From Spirochaetia bacterium (GTDB taxonomy: Bacteria; Spirochaetota; Spirochaetia; SZUA-6; Bin103), in contig CBDBOV010000003.1 of the NCBI GenBank assembly GCA_965208575.1, positions 780,088 through 844,087 of the forward strand: a DNA stretch of 64,000 bases. The letters run 5' to 3'. The translations under genes and the position numbers were made by a program. Below are positions 58,014 to 64,000 of the stretch, piece after piece. The notes beneath the pieces are model-generated. The model was not told the DNA's origin. It was given only the letters and a program-made list of their open reading frames with translations, and searched no databases. The number at the start of each line of letters is the position of its first letter. Within the stretch, counting starts at the first letter, position 1.

Positions 58014-60602
58014 TCACAACAGGTTCGCCACCCGCCGGTAGACCGCGCTCACGCCAGCCCTCTGGTCGTCGTCCAGCTCGCCCTGCCGAGCATCGGCCAG
58101 GGTTTCCAGCGAAGCCAGGCTGTCCGCCACCGCGTTCTGCAGATTGCGCCGCAGTGAGAGCCAGAACGCGCCGTTGGCATCGGTCTGCAACGCGATGAAG
58201 CCCAGCTTGCGGGATCCGGCGCGGCGCGGGCCGATCGCCAGCAGGTGTCCGAGACGGTCGAGCAGGAGTGCGCCGTCCCGCGGCATGCGCAGGGTATCGC
58301 GCGGCCAGCCGGCGTCGACGCGGTGCGCGGGATCGATCTTGGCGAGCACCTCGAACAGCGCCTCGAGGCGCGCCCCGGGCATGATCTCGGCGCCGTCCAG
58401 GGTAATGCGGCCGCGCCACGCGCGGTACGCCGCGAGCGAGCGGCGCCCGGCGCGGCGCGCGATGGGGGCGGCCTCCTGCCACGGCAGGGTAACCAGCGGC
58501 CGCTTGCTGCGCTGCTCGGTGACCTCGAACACCCGCCCGAGCAGGTGCAGCTGCCGCGCCGCCTCGCGCGCCGCGCCGGAACGGGCAGGGCGGCCGGGAC
58601 GCTCCCCGGCCGCCTGCCGGTCGCGGCCGCGACCGCGGCCGGCGCGGCGCGCGCCCTTCGATCCGTCCTGCGACACCGCGATCAGGTCGGCCAGGAGGTC
58701 GGGCGAGATGGCGCGCACCTCCTCGCGGGTAAGCGGTGACACCGAGCGCGCGTAGGCGCGCGACGTACGCATGATCTCGCCCGCCACGATGTAGCGCGCC
58801 GGCTGCTGGTACATGCCCGACCCGGGGTGGATGAAGATGTTGCCGGCGGTCGGACTGCGATAGCGGCCCGGTGCGGCGGCAACGCAGATGAACTGAATCA
58901 GCCCGCGTCCGACGGCGCGCAGGTAGTGGCTGGTCGAACCGCCGCCGCTCACCGGCACGCCGAGCCCGCTGACGATCTCCTCGAGTTGCTCCTTGACATT
59001 GAGGATCTCGTACATGGTGCGCGACTCCAGGTAGTGGCGCGCGCAGAAACCGTCGCGGTCGCCGCTGTCGCGGAACTGCCGGTACAGGTCCAGGCAGGCT
59101 ACGAGGTCGCCGAGCGGGTGGCGAAACGCGTGGTGCGCGTGGCGCGCCTCCAGCTCGTGGCCGTCCGGCACCACGAACGGCGCGGGCACCGACAGGAAGG
59201 CGGCCGCGATGATCGCCTCCTCCAGCACCTCCGGATAACGGTGGATCGCCTCCACCAGGATGCGCGCGTGGCGCGGCAGGAGCGGGAACTTGACCATGGT
59301 GCGGCCCACCTCGGTCAGGGCGCGGTCGGCGTCGAGCGCGTCGAGCATGCCGAGCAGCGCCACCGCGCTGGCGATCCGTTCGCGGCCGGGCGAGGAGAGA
59401 AAGTCGAACTCCTCGAACTCGGTGATGTTCAACTCCGCCATGCGCAGCACCACCTCGGACAGGTCGGTGCGATGGATCTCCTCGGTCTCGAACAGCGGCC
59501 GCCGCTGGTAGGAGGGCTCCGAGTAGAGCCGGTAGCAGGTGCCGGGGCTGGTGCGTCCGGCGCGCCCGCGGCGCTGGCTGCAGGACGCGTGCGAAATCGG
59601 CTGCTCGGTGAGGGCGGCGGTGAGCGTGCGGGTGTTGAACGAGTTCACCTTGGCCAGGCCGGAGTCGATCACCGAGCCGATGCCCGGAATGGTGACGCTG
59701 GTCTCGGCGATGTTGGTTGCCACCACGATCTTGCGCCGGCCCGGAAACGGCGCGAACACCCGGTCCTGCTCGGCGCGCGACAGCCGGGCGTACAACGGCA
59801 GGAGTTGCCAGCGCCGGCTCTCGCGGCGCGCAGCGAGCGTCGCGATGCAGCCGCGGATGTCGCGTTCGCCCGACAGGAACACCAGGATGTCGCCCGGCCG
59901 GCGGGAGCGGTCGATTTCAAGCACGATCCGTTCCACGGCCGCCATGAGCTGGTCGGGGTCGCCGGCGGGTTGAAACGGGCGGTAGTGGATCCGTACCGGG
60001 TGCGCCGGCGTATCGAGGCGTACGATCGGGCAGGAGTCGAAGTACTCCGAGAACACCTCCGCGTTGATGGTGGCGGACGAGACCACCACCTTGAAATCGG
60101 GCCGCTGCGCGAGCACGCCCTTCAACAGGCCGAGCACGAAGTCGATGTTGAGCGAACGTTCGTGCGCCTCGTCGACCATCATCACCGAGTACTCGCCGAG
60201 CAGGCGGTCGTGCGCCAGCTCCTGCAGCAGCACGCCGTCGGTCATCACCTTGATGCGCGTGTCGCGCGTGGTGGTGTCCTCGAAGCGCATCTTGTACGCG
60301 GCGACCGCGCCGGCGGGGGCCCCGGCCCCGGCATCGGCCGCGAGTTGCGCACCAATGAAGTCGGTGACCGACACCGCGGCGATGCGGCGCGGCTGCGTTA
60401 CGCCGATGCGACCGGTGTCGGCGTAGCCCGCATCGTACAGGATGCGTGGAAGCTGGGTGGTCTTTCCGGAGCCGGTCGGGCTTTCCACCACGATGACCGG
60501 GTTGGCGGCGACGTGGCGCAGGATCCGGTCGCGGTGGCGGACCACCGGCAGCGCTGCTGCAAGCTCGCTGATCGACTCTCCTGACGGCTGCATTCCACCC
60601 AT
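58014..60602 (-). CDS. hrpA: HrpA-like DEAH-box RNA helicase
   Basis: SPTGSGKTTQ, TQPRRIAA, DEAHER, SAT, TNIAETSVT, QRRGRAGR. Confidence 0.9.
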   Translation of the reverse strand: MGGMQPSGESISELAAALPVVRHRDRILRHVAANPVIVVESPTGSGKTTQLPRILYDAGYADTGRIGVTQPRRIAAVSVTDFIGAQLAADAGAGAPAGAVAAYKMRFEDTTTRDTRIKVMTDGVLLQELAHDRLLGEYSVMMVDEAHERSLNIDFVLGLLKGVLAQRPDFKVVVSSATINAEVFSEYFDSCPIVRLDTPAHPVRIHYRPFQPAGDPDQLMAAVERIVLEIDRSRRPGDILVFLSGERDIRGCIATLAARRESRRWQLLPLYARLSRAEQDRVFAPFPGRRKIVVATNIAETSVTIPGIGSVIDSGLAKVNSFNTRTLTAALTEQPISHASCSQRRGRAGRTSPGTCYRLYSEPSYQRRPLFETEEIHRTDLSEVVLRMAELNITEFEEFDFLSSPGRERIASAVALLGMLDALDADRALTEVGRTMVKFPLLPRHARILVEAIHRYPEVLEEAIIAAAFLSVPAPFVVPDGHELEARHAHHAFRHPLGDLVACLDLYRQFRDSGDRDGFCARHYLESRTMYEILNVKEQLEEIVSGLGVPVSGGGSTSHYLRAVGRGLIQFICVAAAPGRYRSPTAGNIFIHPGSGMYQQPARYIVAGEIMRTSRAYARSVSPLTREEVRAISPDLLADLIAVSQDGSKGARRAGRGRGRDRQAAGERPGRPARSGAAREAARQLHLLGRVFEVTEQRSKRPLVTLPWQEAAPIARRAGRRSLAAYRAWRGRITLDGAEIMPGARLEALFEVLAKIDPAHRVDAGWPRDTLRMPRDGALLLDRLGHLLAIGPRRAGSRKLGFIALQTDANGAFWLSLRRNLQNAVADSLASLETLADARQGELDDDQRAGVSAVYRRVANLL

Positions 60603-60802
60603 AGTCTAACCCCGGCGGCGACCCGACGGCATCTGCGCTGCACGTGCGCCGATCGACCCTCCCGACGGCCGCATTCGCCCATGGTCCGCACCCCGGCGTT
60701 CGGGCTGGCGCATCGCCCGGCGGGATGTTAGGGTTGCCCCGGCTCATGGCACTTGCGCGGCAGACACGCAACCTGCGCCCGCAACGCAACGATCAGGAGA
60801 TC

Positions 60803-61888
60803 GTGCTGTACGTGCGCAGCATCCCGTTCCTGACGCCGCGCCAGATCGCCGATACGATTCGCGAGTTGGGTTACGTCGGCCAGGAGCGGGCGGTCACGGC
60901 AGTGTCGCTCATGGCTTACCGCCACGTGTCCCGGCTGCGCAAGATCCACCTCGAAGGAGTAAGCCGCGACCTGTTGCCGGCCAAGACCAACCTGCTCCTG
61001 GTCGGTCCCACCGGGTGCGGCAAGACGCATCTGGTCGAGCTGCTGTTTCAGCACATCCTCCACCTGCCGACGCTGATCGTGGACCTGACCGGCTACTCGG
61101 AAACCGGCTACGTCGGCCAGGAGGTCACCTCGATTCTGACCCGGCTCCTGTATGCCGCGGATCTGAATCAATACGCCACCTCGGTGGGCGTGGTGTGCCT
61201 GGACGAATTCGACAAGGTCGCGGCGGGACACAACAACGCGGTGTTCGCCGGCGCCGCCACCACCAAGGACGTGTCGGGCCTCGGCGTGCAGCGAGAATTG
61301 CTCAAGATGCTCGAGGCGGCGGACATCTCGGTGCCCAACGACCTGTCCCACTCCGAGTACGGCGCGCGCACGGTGGTGTCCACCGCCGACATCTCGTTCA
61401 TCGCCTGCGGGGCATTCTCCGGCTTCAAGGGAGTGACCGATGCGGCCGCCGGATCCGGCATCGGCTTCGGCCGCCGCGCCATCGGCGACGAACCGGAGCG
61501 CATCGCGGTGTCCTACAGCGAAGAGGATGTCGCGGCGGTGCGCTACTTCCAGAGGTTCGGCTTTCTGCCGGAGCTGATCGGCCGGTTCAAGCGCATCGTG
61601 CCGTTCCAGTCACTGTCCGCCGGGCAGCTCGCCGGCATCCTCAGGGAGAACATCATCACCCAGTACCGCAACGAGTTCCTGTTCGAGGAGATCGAGCTGG
61701 AGGTGGACGACGCGGTGGTGGAACTGATGGTGCGCCAGGCGCTGCGCAAGGAGAGCGGCGCGCGCGGGTTGGAGTCGGTGTTTGCCCGGCACCTCGAAGA
61801 TGCCGCGTTCCAGGCGTATTCCGAAGCGGGGGTGAAGCGCGTGCGCCTGGAGTTGCGCGACGGCGAGTTCGGCTTCGCGCTCGGCTGA
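60803..61888 (+). CDS. ClpX-like AAA+ ATPase lacking the N-terminal zinc-binding domain
   Basis: AGGAG RBS before GTG 60803. GPTGCGKT, TGYVG, DEFDK, DVSG.GVQ, IGF loop, PELIGR, GARGL. Confidence 0.85.
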   Translation: MLYVRSIPFLTPRQIADTIRELGYVGQERAVTAVSLMAYRHVSRLRKIHLEGVSRDLLPAKTNLLLVGPTGCGKTHLVELLFQHILHLPTLIVDLTGYSETGYVGQEVTSILTRLLYAADLNQYATSVGVVCLDEFDKVAAGHNNAVFAGAATTKDVSGLGVQRELLKMLEAADISVPNDLSHSEYGARTVVSTADISFIACGAFSGFKGVTDAAAGSGIGFGRRAIGDEPERIAVSYSEEDVAAVRYFQRFGFLPELIGRFKRIVPFQSLSAGQLAGILRENIITQYRNEFLFEEIELEVDDAVVELMVRQALRKESGARGLESVFARHLEDAAFQAYSEAGVKRVRLELRDGEFGFALG

Positions 61889-61914
61889 CCGCCGGCGCCG
61901 CCTGTCCCGGACCA

Positions 61915-62949
61915 TTGCTCAAGCGATATCGAAGATCCGTCGACGGCGCCACTCGGGCCACCGCCAACGTCTACCTGCCGAGCGAGCATGGCATTCGCGG
62001 CGCCGCGATAGACTCGGGGGCGGCCGCGGTCTGCCAGCGGCTGACGCGCGCCGGCCACGAGGCATACATCGTCGGCGGTGCGCTGCGCGATCTGCTGACC
62101 GGGCGCGATCCGAAGGATTTCGACGTGGCCACCAGTGCCCGCCCGCGGCAGATCACCGCGCTGTTTCGCGGCGCGCGCATCATCGGACGCCGGTTCAAGC
62201 TGGTGCACGTGCCGTCGGGCCGGCGGGTGTTCGAAGTAGCCACGTTCCGGGCAGCGGATACCTCCACCGCGAATCGCTACGGCACGGTGGACCAGGACGC
62301 GTTCCGGCGCGATTTCAGCTTCAACGCGCTGTACTACGCGCCGCGCAGCGAGCGGCTCATCGACTACGTGGGTGGGTTCGACGACATCCAGCGGCGCGCG
62401 CTGCGCACCGTGGGCGCCCCGGAGGAATCGTTCAGGGAGGATCCGGTGCGGATGATCCGCGCGGTCAAGTACGCCCGCCTGGCCGGCTTCTCCATGGAGC
62501 GGCGCTACCGGATGCTGATCGGCCGGCACGCCGCGCGTCTCAGGGAGTGCTCGGCGGAGCGGTTGACCGAAGAGCTGGTCAAGATCCTGGCCTGCGGCCG
62601 GGCCGCGGAGATTCTCGATTCCGCCCACGACCTGGGTTTGTTCGCCGTGCTGCTGCCGCACCTGGCCGGCCAGGCGGGACCGCGGCTGGACGGATCCGCC
62701 GTCGGCCGGCGCCTGGCGGCGCTCGACGAGCAGGTCGCCGACGGCACGGCGAGCGGGCGCCGGCTGCGCGTCCTGATGTTCAGCGCATTGCTGAGCGACG
62801 TAGCGGCCGGTGACGACTCCTGGCAGTTCGAGGAGCGCCCGGTCAAGGGGTTGGCGCAGCGGTTGCGCGCGGCCATGGAGCCGCTGGTGCTGCCGCAGGT
62901 GGACGCGCTGCGGGTGGCGGAACGGCTCCAAAAGACCGCGCTGAGCTGA
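61915..62949 (+). CDS. pcnB: Poly(A) polymerase
   Basis: VGGALRDLL, DFDVAT, PAP signature IIGRRFKLVHV, RRDFSFNALYY, EDPVRMIR; TTG start at 61915. Confidence 0.88.
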   Translation: MLKRYRRSVDGATRATANVYLPSEHGIRGAAIDSGAAAVCQRLTRAGHEAYIVGGALRDLLTGRDPKDFDVATSARPRQITALFRGARIIGRRFKLVHVPSGRRVFEVATFRAADTSTANRYGTVDQDAFRRDFSFNALYYAPRSERLIDYVGGFDDIQRRALRTVGAPEESFREDPVRMIRAVKYARLAGFSMERRYRMLIGRHAARLRECSAERLTEELVKILACGRAAEILDSAHDLGLFAVLLPHLAGQAGPRLDGSAVGRRLAALDEQVADGTASGRRLRVLMFSALLSDVAAGDDSWQFEERPVKGLAQRLRAAMEPLVLPQVDALRVAERLQKTALS

Positions 62950-62977
62950 GCCACCGCCCGGCCGGCGCGCCGCGGCG

Positions 62978-63994
62978 TCAGTCGCCGCCGGATCCGGCGG
63001 CGTCCGGTGCCGGCGGCTCCGGATCGTCGTGGCTGCCGGAGCGTTCGCGGCGCGGCCACCGCAAGCCGTGGCGCCGGCCCGGCTCGCCGGCCCGTGTCTG
63101 CGCGGGCGCGGCGCCCGGCGATGAGTCGAGGCCTTCTATCTGGTCCACGGTGATGTCGACCTGGTCCACCAGCAGCCCCGAGAACCGCTCCACGCTCGAG
63201 ATGATGTAGTCGCGGAGCTGGTGCAGGCGGCCGGCAACCGGCGCGTCGAACGGTACGCGCAACATCACCTCCAGGCCCGGCTGGCGCAGGTCGCCCACCA
63301 CCACCAGCCGCTCGACCTTGAACTCCGGCGCGAATTCGCTCACGCAGTGCAGCACCATCTGCGTCAAGGCCGCTTCCGATACCGTCACGCTGCCGCGGCG
63401 CTCGAACTGCGGGCTGACCACGGTCTTCTCGAACACCTTGCCGCGCCTGCGCAGGATCTTGTTGCGCAGAAAAATGGTGATCGAATCGATCATGATGTGG
63501 CCGTAGTCGCGGCGTACCTCGATCGGCGGCACCGGGATGATGTGGCGGCCCTGTGCGCGCCGCGAGCGCAACGCGGTGTCGATCTCCTCTTCCGTCGCCA
63601 CGTCCTCGATGCTGATGAGCCGCTGTGGGGGCGGCAGGTCGAGCCTGTCGGCGATGCGCACCGCCATCTTTTCCGAGGTTGCCAGGATCAGGATGCGTTG
63701 CGCCCGGACGCGCTCCAGGACGCGCAACACCTCGCGCGCGTGCGTCTCGTCGTGGAACACCGCCGCCTTTACCGCCTCGATGGCGCCGCGCTCGCGCTTG
63801 GCCGAGCGCCCGGCGAGGATCTTCTGGCCCTGAATGAGCAGCCCGTCGTCCACGATCACGTCGACGTTGTACTTCTGCGCAATAAGCTGTGCGCGAAAGC
63901 TCTTGCCGGTCCCGCTCTTGCCTACCAGGGCGGTCACCTGCACGCCGCGCAGGGTCCACAACACGCTGCGCAACAGGCGCCGCACACTAGCCAC
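62978..63994 (-). CDS. Conserved P-loop protein with C-terminal Asp23/Gls24-like domain
   Basis: ALVGKSGTGKSFRA, IVDDGLLI, AGRSAKRE, LATSEKM, HIIPVP, EKTVV.P.F. Confidence 0.75.
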   Translation of the reverse strand: MASVRRLLRSVLWTLRGVQVTALVGKSGTGKSFRAQLIAQKYNVDVIVDDGLLIQGQKILAGRSAKRERGAIEAVKAAVFHDETHAREVLRVLERVRAQRILILATSEKMAVRIADRLDLPPPQRLISIEDVATEEEIDTALRSRRAQGRHIIPVPPIEVRRDYGHIMIDSITIFLRNKILRRRGKVFEKTVVSPQFERRGSVTVSEAALTQMVLHCVSEFAPEFKVERLVVVGDLRQPGLEVMLRVPFDAPVAGRLHQLRDYIISSVERFSGLLVDQVDITVDQIEGLDSSPGAAPAQTRAGEPGRRHGLRWPRRERSGSHDDPEPPAPDAAGSGGD

Positions 63995-64000
63995 GCCGGC

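Noticed and set aside
61015-61914. N-terminal extension of PcnB (644-aa ORF)
   Set aside because: It overlaps the ClpX-like gene in another frame; the real start is probably TTG 61915.

Overview
Very GC-rich bacterial DNA. The core-gene content (spoVG, obgE-nadD-LCP-rsfS, rplY-pth-tilS-ftsH, spirochaete-style PcnB and PpiD-like proteins) points to a high-GC Spirochaetota lineage, which is an inference. Bases ~1-40250 are accessory. They hold an NHLP/proteusin-type RiPP cluster, PhyH dioxygenases, two sulfatases, HigBA and Phd-VapC toxin-antitoxin pairs, an AAA/PD-(D/E)XK protein, a Zn-uptake SBP and ATPase with no permease, a secreted vanadium haloperoxidase, two convergent heterodimeric ABC exporter pairs and a small catabolic cluster. 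Bases ~40260-64000 are housekeeping genes plus tRNA-Gln, tRNA-Asp and tRNA-Pro. The best candidate for a novel system is the RiPP locus at 1-8494. Its NHLP precursor has a predicted core of only Ser-Tyr-Tyr. It is flanked by two divergent paralogues of an uncharacterised (possibly ABBA-prenyltransferase-like) maturase, one of which the ORF track misses. It also has a C39-peptidase exporter pair and an adaptor lacking the helical hairpin. Protein calls come from motif recognition by eye; no searches were run.
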